Positions 19,971 through 29,238 are shown, counted from the first letter of the stretch. The stretch is 64,000 nucleotides of DNA from Planctomycetaceae bacterium (GCA_003233055.1 QIKP01000017.1:8299-72298); one strand, 5' to 3'. Notes: generated by a model not told the origin, from the letters alone. Translations and numbers: made by a program.

Positions 19971-20849
19971 ATGATGAACGCCCACCGAATGAAACAAGAG
20001 ATTTGTGCCATTGGCGACCGCATCTACAAGAAAGGATTTGCCGCGGCCAACGATGGCAATATCACGTTTCGCCTGAGCGAGAACGAGGTCCTCTGCACGC
20101 CGACGATGCACTCCAAAGGTTTTCTCAAGCCGGAGGACATTTGCACGGTCGATATGCAGGGAAACCAAATCGCCGGCAACAAGCCGCGGTCGAGCGAGGC
20201 GTTGCTCCACATCGAAATCATGAAATCTCGGCCCGACGTGAAGAGCGTCGTCCATTGCCACCCACCCCACGCCACGGCGTTTGCCATCGCCCACGAACCG
20301 ATTCCGCAGTGCGTGCTGCCTGAGGTAGAAGTCTTTCTAGGCGATGTGCCGATCACGAAGTACGAAACGCCTGGGAGCCAGAAATTTGCCGATACGATTT
20401 TGCCGTTTGTGCAAAACACCAACGTCATCGTACTGGCCAACCATGGCACCGTGAGCTACGGCGAGACCGTCGAGCGGGCCTACTGGTGGACCGAGATCCT
20501 CGACGCCTATTGCCGAATGCTGATCCTCGCGAAGCAGATTGGAAACGTTGAATACCTCACCAAGGGGCAAACTCGGGAACTGTTGGATCTCAAGGGTGCC
20601 TGGGGGATGGACGACCCGCGGCTCAAGAAGGAATTCGAGAACTGCGACATCTGCGCCAACGACATCTTCCGCGACAGTTGGGAAGGTGCCGGCATCGAGC
20701 GGCGAGGCTTCCCTGCCCCGCCACCCATGCCAGCAAACGGTGCAGCTCCCGCAGCGCCGGTTTCTGTAGCACCCGAGGGGAACGATCAAGAAGCGATCGT
20801 CCAAGCGATCACCAACCGAGTTTTGGAATCGCTCGCCGCAGGCTCGTAA
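19971..20849 (+). CDS. Class II aldolase (fuculose/rhamnulose-1-phosphate aldolase-like) with C-terminal encapsulation peptide
   Basis: DGNITFR, TPT, PSSE-like RSSEALLH, VHCHPPHAT, LANHG; tail QEAIVQAITNRVLESL. Confidence 0.93.
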   Translation: MMNAHRMKQEICAIGDRIYKKGFAAANDGNITFRLSENEVLCTPTMHSKGFLKPEDICTVDMQGNQIAGNKPRSSEALLHIEIMKSRPDVKSVVHCHPPHATAFAIAHEPIPQCVLPEVEVFLGDVPITKYETPGSQKFADTILPFVQNTNVIVLANHGTVSYGETVERAYWWTEILDAYCRMLILAKQIGNVEYLTKGQTRELLDLKGAWGMDDPRLKKEFENCDICANDIFRDSWEGAGIERRGFPAPPPMPANGAAPAAPVSVAPEGNDQEAIVQAITNRVLESLAAGS

Positions 20850-20936
20850 AACGGAACTCCTGCCGTTCACGACCTCCATGGGATGGAATGAATTCCGTTC
20901 TACTCCGAAAACAGACATCTACTCCGAGAACAGACT

Positions 20937-21875
20937 ATGAAAGTAAGCATCATTGGCGGCGGTGGGTTGGTTGGCAGTTGTGCGGCGTTCGCGTTGCAAA
21001 CCGGCGGCATCGTTCGAGAAATTAGCCTGATCGACCTCAACACCGAACTCGCAGCCGGGCAGGCACTTGACCTCTTGCATGGCGGGCCAAGCGTGGCGGA
21101 CCAAGTCATCCAGTCCGGCGGCTACGAGCATATTCCCTCGAGCGATGTCATCTGCATCACCGCGGGCCTCCGGCGCAAGCCGGACGAAAGTCGGCTCGAC
21201 TTGATCAATCGCAACGTCGATCTGTTTCTCAAGATTCTCGATAGCGTGAAGCAAGCAGGTCCGAAAGAGTCGGCCATTGTGTTTGTCGTCTCGAACCCGG
21301 TCGACGTGCTAACGCACCTTGCAGCGGAACGGCTTGGACTGCCAACGTCCCAAGTGATCGGGCTCGGAACGCAACTCGATACGATTCGTTTCCGCAGTTT
21401 AATCGCGGCAGAACTCGGCGCCGCACCAACGCAAGTGAAGGCGCTCATCCTGGGCGAACATGGCGAGAGCATGGTGCCGATTTGGTCGAGCGCCACGATC
21501 GCTGGACTGCCGATCGAAAAATACCCTGGCTGGAACGCCAACTTAGCGAATCAGCTATTCAAGCGAACCAAAGGGAGTGGTGCCGAGGTCATTCGTGGCA
21601 AGGGGGGTGCAGGCTTTGCTGTTGGCATCGCCATTCAAGATGTCATCGAAGCGATCGCCCTCGATAGTCGCCGCGTGCTGCCTATCTCTAGCGTGCAAGA
21701 AGGCTGCTACGGCATCCGCAACGTGGCGCTTTCGGTGCCAACGGTCGTGGGACGTTGCGGCGTGGTTGATCGCATGGAGGTGGAACTCTGGCCCAAAGAA
21801 ATGCAGGGGATTAAATCGAGCGGCAATGTTCTGCGACAAACGATCGAAACGGTGAAGAAGCGAATCGGCGGGTAA
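20937..21875 (+). CDS. Lactate/malate dehydrogenase family protein
   Basis: IIGGGGLVG, ITAGLRRKPDESRLDL, SNPVD, LDTIRFR, GEHGES. Confidence 0.92.
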   Translation: MKVSIIGGGGLVGSCAAFALQTGGIVREISLIDLNTELAAGQALDLLHGGPSVADQVIQSGGYEHIPSSDVICITAGLRRKPDESRLDLINRNVDLFLKILDSVKQAGPKESAIVFVVSNPVDVLTHLAAERLGLPTSQVIGLGTQLDTIRFRSLIAAELGAAPTQVKALILGEHGESMVPIWSSATIAGLPIEKYPGWNANLANQLFKRTKGSGAEVIRGKGGAGFAVGIAIQDVIEAIALDSRRVLPISSVQEGCYGIRNVALSVPTVVGRCGVVDRMEVELWPKEMQGIKSSGNVLRQTIETVKKRIGG

Positions 21876-21944
21876 CATGGCCTTGCCTCACTGGCCCGAC
21901 GAGCCCTCCCAAGGCGGATCGACGGCGTTTGCTAGCGAGTGATT

Positions 21945-23669
21945 TCATTCGCTCGTGGCGATAATGTCGTTCGATTCGCTCGCCACGAGCGTTCCCCACT
22001 CTACCCTGAATCGCTGCTCGCACTTAGGGCAGACGACCTTCTTGCCAAGGAACTTGGCGGGAATGTCCTTGCCATGCTTGCATTGGTCGCAAGTGATGTG
22101 CAGTCGGCAGGCCTGGTCGTCGATCGGAGTGAAGACATTCTCGGGGATCTCCTCAAACTGGATATCGCCCTCGACGAGCAACTGCAACTGATCGTCCGTG
22201 ATCTCCACGATCCCCGCCAAGCGATTGGCCATGCCTCGGATCGCTTGCTCAAACAGGTTGCGCGCGGCACGACCGTTACCAAAGTGGCGATCGCGGTGGT
22301 CGTAGAGATACGTCATCCCTTGAATAATCTTTAGCCGTGCGGCCGGCGTGAGGTCGTAGTGGTTCTTTCGGCAAAACAGGCCAAAGATGGCGGCAATCTC
22401 GAACGGAGTGTAGTCGATGAATTCGAGCTGCCGACTGAACCGAGAGGAGAGGCCTGGATTCGACTTCAAGAGGTCCTCCATCTCGTCGGGGTAGCCAGCA
22501 AGGATAACAACCAGTCGCCCCCGTTCATCCTCGGCCCGTTTGAGCAGCGCCTGCACGGCCTCGTTACCATACGGGTCTTCGCTGCGCGTGGCGACGAGGC
22601 TGTAGGCTTCGTCGATGAAGAGGATTCCATCGAGCGCTTCGTCGATTTTCTTGTTCGTCTTGGGGCCCGTTTGGCCCGAGTACTCGGCAACCAGGCCGGA
22701 GCGATCGGTTTCGACCAGATGGCCTTTGTCCAGAACGCCCAGCGCGCCGTAGATTTTTCCGACGATCCGCGCGACGGTCGTCTTGCCGGTGCCAGGATTG
22801 CCCGTAAAAACCATGTGGAGACTAATATCGGTTTCGGGAAGCCCTGCGGCGGTTCGCTTTTGCTGGAGCTTGAGAAAGTTGGCCAGCGAGCGGACTTCAT
22901 GCTTGATTTCGCCCAGACCAATCAGCTTGTCCAGTTGGGCCAGCGCTTCCTCGACCGTGATCTTAGGCGGTTCTTTTTTTCCTTCGGCGACGGCTAGATT
23001 TTCCGCTGGCTTCTTGCGGCGGGGATCCAGCCTCGGCCTGTTGCCTCGTGAAGGGGCTGCGACGTAGATGCCATCCTCCGCGTCGTAGCGAATTTCCTCG
23101 ATTGCCTGCGAGCCGACAGCCTCGGCGTCGGTCGGCTCGGCATCCAGTGGTTTCTGCCGAAGGTGGCTGTCGAGTTCGATCTGAATCGACTTGATAATCG
23201 CTGCTTCGGGTGGGTTAAGCGTGCCATCGGCGCGGGCGATAAGGTTGGCGAGTCGGACGACAAGCGTATCGAGGCGGCCAATTTTTTCGCGAAGTGGCGT
23301 GATCCGGCCGAAGGGGCGGACCAAGCTATACCACTTCAGCTTGTTCGACTCGCTTGACGCACGCTTCATCGTCTCGCTGAGTTTCTCACCACTGAGCCAA
23401 TGCCCCCACAGATGGTGACAGAGCACCTCGCCCAAGAATCGCTCTTGCTTACTCCACTCTTTGTCCGCTTCGCAAACCTGGAGATAAATTTTGAGGACCA
23501 GTGCTCGGTGCAGGTCGTCCATCAAGGCGACGAATTGGCCCTCCCCTTTCTCGATCAGATGCGGATAGTCCCGCTCGCAGAGTTCGCCACTCGAAACGTA
23601 GAGCTTCCGGCATTCGCGCAGTGTGCGACTAAAAAGCGATGGCCGAGACGGAATATCAAAACCTGGCAT
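21945..23669 (-). CDS. CbbX/SpoVK-type AAA+ ATPase with TerB-like N-terminus and C-terminal Zn ribbon
   Basis: HMVFTGNPGTGKTTVAR, ETDRSGLV, LFIDEAYSL, NPGLSSRF, GNGRAARN; LIARADGTLNPPE; CDQC...CPKC. Confidence 0.88.
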   Translation of the reverse strand: MPGFDIPSRPSLFSRTLRECRKLYVSSGELCERDYPHLIEKGEGQFVALMDDLHRALVLKIYLQVCEADKEWSKQERFLGEVLCHHLWGHWLSGEKLSETMKRASSESNKLKWYSLVRPFGRITPLREKIGRLDTLVVRLANLIARADGTLNPPEAAIIKSIQIELDSHLRQKPLDAEPTDAEAVGSQAIEEIRYDAEDGIYVAAPSRGNRPRLDPRRKKPAENLAVAEGKKEPPKITVEEALAQLDKLIGLGEIKHEVRSLANFLKLQQKRTAAGLPETDISLHMVFTGNPGTGKTTVARIVGKIYGALGVLDKGHLVETDRSGLVAEYSGQTGPKTNKKIDEALDGILFIDEAYSLVATRSEDPYGNEAVQALLKRAEDERGRLVVILAGYPDEMEDLLKSNPGLSSRFSRQLEFIDYTPFEIAAIFGLFCRKNHYDLTPAARLKIIQGMTYLYDHRDRHFGNGRAARNLFEQAIRGMANRLAGIVEITDDQLQLLVEGDIQFEEIPENVFTPIDDQACRLHITCDQCKHGKDIPAKFLGKKVVCPKCEQRFRVEWGTLVASESNDIIATSE

Positions 23670-23803
23670 CGGTACGTTTCGCGGAGGGACAAGGGAGCAG
23701 CGTCCCTATTATCGCGCAAGAGAGCCGGGCTGCAAGCCGCCGAGCCTCGAAGTGCAGGGCGGGGTAAACCCGTAATGGCATCCGCCGAAGCGACAAAAAT
23801 CTT

Positions 23804-24436
23804 TTATGCCATTCCCATTCGGACGGCCCAGACAGCCGCTTGGGTTCGGTCGGAGACGCCCAGTTTGCGGAGGATGTGCTGGACATGTTCCTTCACCGTT
23901 TCGTAACTAATGCCAAGCGCTTCAGCGATTTCTTTGTTGGTAAGCCCAAAGGCGAGTTGCTTGAGAACTTCCATCTCGCGTTTGGTGAGAGGGACTTCAA
24001 TATCGAGCTCTTGGTTCGGTTCGCCCACTGGTCCGGTCACGCGGCGCCGATCCTCTGGCATCCAAACCGAACCACCTCCGGCCACTTCCTGAATTGCCGC
24101 AAGGAGTTTGTCGCGATCGACATCCTTCGTAAGGTATCCGGCCGCCCCCTGCGCCATCGCTCGCGCGACGAAGGTGGGGGAACGGTAGGCGGTGAACATC
24201 AGCACCGGGAGGTCGGGCCACTGCTCGCGGATTTCTCCAAGGCATCGCAGGCCATCGCACTCCGGCATCCGAACATCGAGCATCAGGACGTTTGGCTGAA
24301 ATTCCTTCACGAGGCGAACAGCCTCCAGCCCGTTTCCTGCTTCGGCGACGACCTCGATTTCCGTTCCGGAGACGAATTGTCGGATGCCGGTCCGAACGAC
24401 CGGGTGATCGTCGACTACCAGTAGCTTGATCGTCAT
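23804..24436 (-). CDS. NarL/LuxR family response regulator
   Basis: LLVVDDHPVV, LDVRMP, GYLTK, LTKREMEVL..LAFGLTNKEIA..L.IS.ETVKEH; no cognate kinase adjacent. Confidence 0.94.
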   Translation of the reverse strand: MTIKLLVVDDHPVVRTGIRQFVSGTEIEVVAEAGNGLEAVRLVKEFQPNVLMLDVRMPECDGLRCLGEIREQWPDLPVLMFTAYRSPTFVARAMAQGAAGYLTKDVDRDKLLAAIQEVAGGGSVWMPEDRRRVTGPVGEPNQELDIEVPLTKREMEVLKQLAFGLTNKEIAEALGISYETVKEHVQHILRKLGVSDRTQAAVWAVRMGMA

Positions 24437-24595
24437 CGCATTCCTCGCTTCCTCCGGCCAAACGGGGAGAGACGCTATCCGAGTCCAACCATCACGGTCT
24501 TTCTCTTTGCAGCGCCGCACTGTTTACACGCGGAGTCAGGAACTAAGATTTGTCAGAAAACTTTCATGGTACGGTGTGTGCTCTGGATGGCTCTC

Positions 24596-24979
24596 TCAAT
24601 ACGATACATCATAGAGAAAACGTGACGATTGCTTCGCCATGAATGTTGGCAGGCTGCGAAACAAGGTGTCACGAATTTTACACGACACCTTGTTCGTTAG
24701 ATTGGTCACTTTTCCAATTTGCCACGATACGTTTACGGTCCTCTTGACTTTGGAAAACCGGATAGCCAACGAGTCAAGGGGAACTCCAGCGTCTCTTACC
24801 TTTTTCGCCAATCCATATCTTTCAAGGAGGATCATGGCATTGGGAGGGAGAAGAATTCCTGCTCCAATTGGAGACATCTTCTTGGCGGCCTCGAAGACTC
24901 TCACATCCAACTGCTGCAATCGCATCGCGATGGCTGTTGAAAGCCCACCAATTCCAGCCCCTATTATGATTCCGCGCAA
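24596..24979 (-). pseudogene. FAD-dependent monooxygenase with large in-frame internal deletion
   Basis: N-terminal IIIGAGIGGLS...FEAA...GAGI joined directly to C-terminal-type VNVSWQIGK...RDTLFRSLP; only 127 aa; GGAGG SD and TTG start; visibly AT-richer than flanks. Confidence 0.8.
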
Positions 24980-24997
24980 AATGGAGTTCCTCCAAAA

Positions 24998-25057
24998 GCC
25001 TGCCGTGAAAGCTCAGCGGCGCGGCTTGCCCGCGTCCGCTGGAGTGTTTTGTTGGGT
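24998..25057 (-). mobile_element. Integron attC recombination site (R' degenerate)
   Basis: Minus strand: ACCCAAC-5nt-ACTCCAGC-GGACGCGGGCAAGCCGCGCC-GCTGAGC-6nt-GGCAGGC; 60 bp, two extrahelical bases at the expected positions. Confidence 0.8.
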
Positions 25058-25206
25058 GTTTTCTTTGACTTTCAATGCAGCCTGCAAATCTTTGATCCGT
25101 TCTCGGTCAATCTTGGGCCATCGCACTCCTTCAGTGTAAGGGAAAATGCGTTTCTCCGCTGTTCTAATCACGGAACGGAGGAATCGTTCGACAAGGCCGA
25201 TTGGAA
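25013..25206 (-). pseudogene. Probable 3' remnant of a gene cassette ORF reading into the attC
   Basis: Open frame ends with TGA inside the attC L' box; no recognisable family. Confidence 0.35.
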
Positions 25207-25239
25207 CCGTGAACGGTTCCGGAAAAAGTAACCACCGCT

Positions 25240-26367
25240 TTACGGCCTCCGGTCGCCTGCTACGGGCGCTTTTGCGGTGGCGAGCCATTCCAGTACCACC
25301 CAGCCGACCTTGGCCAGGGAGTCGCCAGAGCAATTTCGGGGGAGGTCTTGTTCCGTATGCCAGTACGAACCAGGTTGGCCAAAGGGGGTGTCAGGGTACT
25401 CTGCGTCAATGATATCGCACGTCGGAATGCGGGCGATGTCGTGAAGCGCGATGTGGTCGTCCCGAATAAATCCTTCGTTTCGCCCCCGTTTGGTGCGAGG
25501 AACAAACTCCTGGACTCCCAGGCGCTGGGCGGTGGTCCAGAGGTCGATCACCAGTGGCCGGGTGTCGGGCCATGAAACGCTGTATTTTTCTTGCAGGATT
25601 TCAAGGTTCGCATCTCCTACCATGTCGAGCAGCACGCCCCAATGGTAGCGGTGGGAGGGGCGATTCTTTCGGTAGTCGCGGGCAAAGTACTCACTGCCGA
25701 GGAAGTATTTTCCTTTTTCGCCTCCCCACCGATTGTTGCCATAGACCAACTCTTCCGCATCGAACAGCACAAAATCAACGCCCAAGTTCGGTTGTAAACG
25801 CCCCAAGTGGTGCGCGAGTTCCATCAGCACGGCGACCCCGCTTGCCCCGTCGTTGGCACCGATGAAGACCCCTTCACGTCTGCGGCGAGGATTCGGGTCT
25901 TGGTCAGGAAGGGGTCGCGTGTCGTAGTGGGCGCAAAGGAGCAGTCGGTCGGTTTTTTCCGGGTGCCACTCGACGAGCAGGTTGGCACAGGCGACCCGTT
26001 TTCGGGTGATCGGGTGGCGAATGGAGAACTTCTGCCGGGTTACTTTGCCTCCCAGCTTCTCGAAAAACTTCGTGACGAGCGCCTGCTGCCGAGCCATCCC
26101 TCGGCTGCCGCTTGGCCGGGGTCCGAGATTCGCCAACTGCGTGAGGTAGCCGAATGCCCGATCGGCGTCGAGCGGGTTGGTCCTCTCTTGCTGCGCCGCG
26201 ACTTGGCGAATGGGCGACTTACTTGCCTTGTCGCGACTTGCCGGCGCCGCTTCCGGCTGCTGGCCTCCACACCCCAGCAGCAATAACACCAAGACCCAAA
26301 CGGCGGGCGAGCCCGCTTCAGCGGGTGGCCCTCCCCCCTCACGGTACCGGCACCTCTCAGTCAACAT
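25240..26367 (-). CDS. M28 family peptidase / glutaminyl cyclase-like lipoprotein
   Basis: Lipobox LLLGC; HYDTRP, GANDGASG, FDAEE, LLDMVGD, DDH, WHT; start uncertain. Confidence 0.88.
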   Translation of the reverse strand: MLTERCRYREGGGPPAEAGSPAVWVLVLLLLGCGGQQPEAAPASRDKASKSPIRQVAAQQERTNPLDADRAFGYLTQLANLGPRPSGSRGMARQQALVTKFFEKLGGKVTRQKFSIRHPITRKRVACANLLVEWHPEKTDRLLLCAHYDTRPLPDQDPNPRRRREGVFIGANDGASGVAVLMELAHHLGRLQPNLGVDFVLFDAEELVYGNNRWGGEKGKYFLGSEYFARDYRKNRPSHRYHWGVLLDMVGDANLEILQEKYSVSWPDTRPLVIDLWTTAQRLGVQEFVPRTKRGRNEGFIRDDHIALHDIARIPTCDIIDAEYPDTPFGQPGSYWHTEQDLPRNCSGDSLAKVGWVVLEWLATAKAPVAGDRRP

Positions 26368-27241
26368 TGTGAAACTCCGAAATAATCTTCCACGCCTCCT
26401 TGGGCGTTTCGGCAAACGAGATCAAGTCGAGATGTTCGTCAGCAATCACCCCTTCGTCGGCGAGCGTCTGGAAGTTGATGATCGACTCCCAGTATTCCCG
26501 GCCATACAGAATGATCGGAATCGCCTGCATCCGACCGGTCTGCCGCAAGCAGAGGGTGTTGAACAATTCGTCGAGCGTCCCATACCCACCTGGGAAAACC
26601 ACGAGCGCCGCGGCCCGCAAAATGAAGTGAAACTTCCGCATCGCGAAGTAGTGGAACTGAAAACAAAGCTCCGGCGTGATGTAGGGGTTCGGTTCCTGCT
26701 CGTGCGGCAGCTCGATGTTCAGCCCGACGTTCTTCGCTCCGACTTCAAAGGCTCCCCGGTTGGCTGCCTCCATGATCCCTGGCCCCCCCCCGGTGGTCAC
26801 GACAAATTCGCACTTGCCATCCAGTTGGCAGCTACTCGAGGCGATTTTCGCAAACTCCCGGGCGTGGTCGTAGTAAAAGCTCTTGGCGAGTTGCGCTTCG
26901 CTGCGTGCGACGGCCCGTTGCAGTCGTTCGTTGCTGGGCGTCTCGGCAAGTTCTTCCTTGGCGGTGGCGACCCGGGCTTCGGCTTCTTCCTTGGCCACGA
27001 TTTGCGTCCCGCCAAACACGACGACGAGCGACTCGATATTGTGTTTACGAAACCATTGCTCGGTTTTTTGCAGCTCGAGCTGCATCCGCACCGGTCGCTG
27101 CGCCGACCGTTTCAGGAACTCCACGTCGTATTCGGCCAGCAGGTAGCTGGGCGATTTCAAGATCGCCTGCCGATTGAGCTCCACCGCCTCGGCAAGGTTT
27201 TCGTGGTGAGCATTCAGGGTGAATTCGTCAGGTTGGGACAT
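26357..27241 (-). CDS. LOG family (Rossmann-fold nucleotide-processing) protein
   Basis: VVFGGT, TGGGPGIMEAANRGA, FHYFAMRK, FPGGYGTLDEL. Confidence 0.92.
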   Translation of the reverse strand: MSQPDEFTLNAHHENLAEAVELNRQAILKSPSYLLAEYDVEFLKRSAQRPVRMQLELQKTEQWFRKHNIESLVVVFGGTQIVAKEEAEARVATAKEELAETPSNERLQRAVARSEAQLAKSFYYDHAREFAKIASSSCQLDGKCEFVVTTGGGPGIMEAANRGAFEVGAKNVGLNIELPHEQEPNPYITPELCFQFHYFAMRKFHFILRAAALVVFPGGYGTLDELFNTLCLRQTGRMQAIPIILYGREYWESIINFQTLADEGVIADEHLDLISFAETPKEAWKIISEFHNVD

Positions 27242-27276
27242 GGGAAGTAAGGAAGGGTAAGGGGTAAGGGAAAACA

Positions 27277-27299
27277 GCCGACGAGCTACGCCTCGTCGG
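27277..27299 (+). repeat. REP-like hairpin, family 1
   Basis: GCCGACGAGCTACGCCTCGTCGG, identical core to 3080-3102. Confidence 0.9.
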
Positions 27300-27301
27300 A
27301 A

Positions 27302-28690
27302 TCAGCCTATCGTATGGGAATCGCCCAAATCGGGCACCACCACTTTCCAGCCTCGGTCCGACCGGAGTGTCTGAGCCAAGGCCTCCGCACTGTCCGATTC
27401 GCCATGGGTGAGAAAAACCTGCTGGGGATCGTTTTTCAGGTGGCCTAGCCAGCGGAGCAGGCCGCTCCGATCGGCGTGGCCACTCAGCCCCGGGACTTTT
27501 TCGATCGCCGCGTTGACCGGGATATCCCTCCCATGGATTCGCAAGGTTTTGGCTCCTTCTTGCAGGCGTCGCCCTCGCGTGCCGACCGCCATGTAGCCTC
27601 CGAGGATGACCGTATTCCGTTTGTCAGGCAACCGTTGCTTGAGATGGTGCAAGATCCGCCCGGCCGTCATCATGCCGCTGGAGGAGATGATCACCGCCGG
27701 CCCTTCGACGTTTTGGAGCCCCTTCGATTCGTCAACACTTCGGCAAAGGTGCACCGCTGGCCCCCCGAGCACCGGGCGATCGCCGCCAAGTTGGCCTTCC
27801 GACAAATCGTGGTCCTCGGAGTGCTCGCGGTAGATGTCGGTCGCGTTGCACGACATGGGGCTGTCGAGATAGATCGGAATGTCGGGGATTTTTCCTTCCG
27901 ATTTGAGCACCTGCATGAGGTAGATGAGCTGCTGCGCGCGGCCGACTGCAAACGACGCCAGCAGCATCACGCCCCCCCGATCGACCGCCCGGTTGAAGAC
28001 CTCCGCGAGTCCTTCGGACAGGTCGCCCTTGGGATGGTCGCGATTGCCGTAGGTGCTTTCGCAGACCAGCACATCGCACTCGGGCGGAGGCGACGGGTCG
28101 TGATAGAGGGGGCCGTCGTACCGGCCAATATCGCCGGAGAACAAGATTCGGAGTGCCGGCTCGCGATGGCGAATTTCGATTTCGATCATGTTGGAGCCGA
28201 GCAAATGGCCCGCATCATGAAAGCGGGCCCAAATCGGTCCGGCGATCTGCTGCCAGTCGTTGCGAGGGACCTCTCGCAACAGCTTGACCGTAGTGAGCAC
28301 GTCCTTGCTTTCGTAGAGCGGCAGCGCCGGCTTGTGCTTCGAAAACCCCTTCTTGTTAGCGTACTTCGCGTCGTACTCTTGAATCTTTGCCGAGTCGAGC
28401 ATGATCAGCTCCGCCAACTTGGCCGTAGCGGGCGTGCAGAAGATGCGGTGGTGAAATCCCTCTTTGACGACTCGCGGAAGGTAACCGACATGATCGAGAT
28501 GGGCGTGGGTCAGCAGCACGGCATCGAGCGACTTCGCATCGAACGGCGTCGGCTCCCAGTTCTTCTTGCGAAGTTTCTTGAGCCCTTGAAACATGCCGCA
28601 GTCAATGAGGACCCGAGTCCCCTCCGCTTCGAGCAAGTATTTAGAGCCCGTGACGGTGCTCGCCGCGCCGTGAAAAGTGAGTTGAGCCAT
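27302..28690 (-). CDS. MBL-fold beta-CASP ribonuclease (YSH1-like)
   Basis: GAASTVTGSKY, DCGMFQG, THAHLDHVG, AGHLLGS, SGDIG, ESTYG, FAVGR, SGMMTAGRI, SGHAD, THGE. Confidence 0.93.
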   Translation of the reverse strand: MAQLTFHGAASTVTGSKYLLEAEGTRVLIDCGMFQGLKKLRKKNWEPTPFDAKSLDAVLLTHAHLDHVGYLPRVVKEGFHHRIFCTPATAKLAELIMLDSAKIQEYDAKYANKKGFSKHKPALPLYESKDVLTTVKLLREVPRNDWQQIAGPIWARFHDAGHLLGSNMIEIEIRHREPALRILFSGDIGRYDGPLYHDPSPPPECDVLVCESTYGNRDHPKGDLSEGLAEVFNRAVDRGGVMLLASFAVGRAQQLIYLMQVLKSEGKIPDIPIYLDSPMSCNATDIYREHSEDHDLSEGQLGGDRPVLGGPAVHLCRSVDESKGLQNVEGPAVIISSSGMMTAGRILHHLKQRLPDKRNTVILGGYMAVGTRGRRLQEGAKTLRIHGRDIPVNAAIEKVPGLSGHADRSGLLRWLGHLKNDPQQVFLTHGESDSAEALAQTLRSDRGWKVVVPDLGDSHTIG

Positions 28691-28793
28691 TTTGGTGATT
28701 GAAGTGTTAAGGCGGAGGGTCGAGGGCGGAGAAACTGCACCGAGCCAAGCTTCAAGCCTCCTCCGTTCGGTCGGTGGCGTCAAGATAGGCGAG

Positions 28794-29126
28794 TTACAGC
28801 AATCCGCACCCGAGTACCACTACGACGAAGAGAGCCGCCACCGCCGCTTCGACCAGGGGGTACTTGGGCGCAATAGGCTCGTGACAGTCGTAACATTTGC
28901 CTCGCAGCATCAACCAACCGACCACCGGCAGGTTGTGCCACGCGCGGATGGCATGCTTGCACTTGGGGCAATGGGACCCAGGCCAAACGATGCTTTCCCC
29001 CCTCGGCAGCCGGTAGATCACGACGTTCAGGAAACTCCCGATGCACCCACCCAGGAACGCAACGAACGCGAGCACCACCCACCACTGGGCCAAGTTCCAT
29101 TCAAGGGCTTCTGCAAGGGTTGTCAT
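28794..29126 (-). CDS. Stand-alone prepilin peptidase N-terminal (Zn-binding) domain protein
   Basis: [12 protein letters not shown]...SHCPKC...[17 protein letters not shown]...YPLVE, then stop after one TM; no A24 aspartate domain. Confidence 0.85.
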   Translation of the reverse strand: MTTLAEALEWNLAQWWVVLAFVAFLGGCIGSFLNVVIYRLPRGESIVWPGSHCPKCKHAIRAWHNLPVVGWLMLRGKCYDCHEPIAPKYPLVEAAVAALFVVVVLGCGLL

Positions 29127-29238
29127 CGATAAGCCGTAAAAGTGAGCTGGGATAGCCGCGAAGGTGAGCGAGGCTGCCGGTAACCGTGAGCCGGGCCGTC
29201 CTCGGCCCCGGAAAATAACGGCCCCGAAAAGCAAACCG

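Noticed and set aside
21945-23669. Rubisco activase CbbX / carboxysome link
   Set aside because: No Rubisco or carboxysome genes; extra domains; the BMC carries metabolosome enzymes
24596-24979. HpxO-type FAD urate hydroxylase linked to the purine operon
   Set aside because: Fragment too incomplete to assign a substrate, 21 kb away, and a uricase is already present
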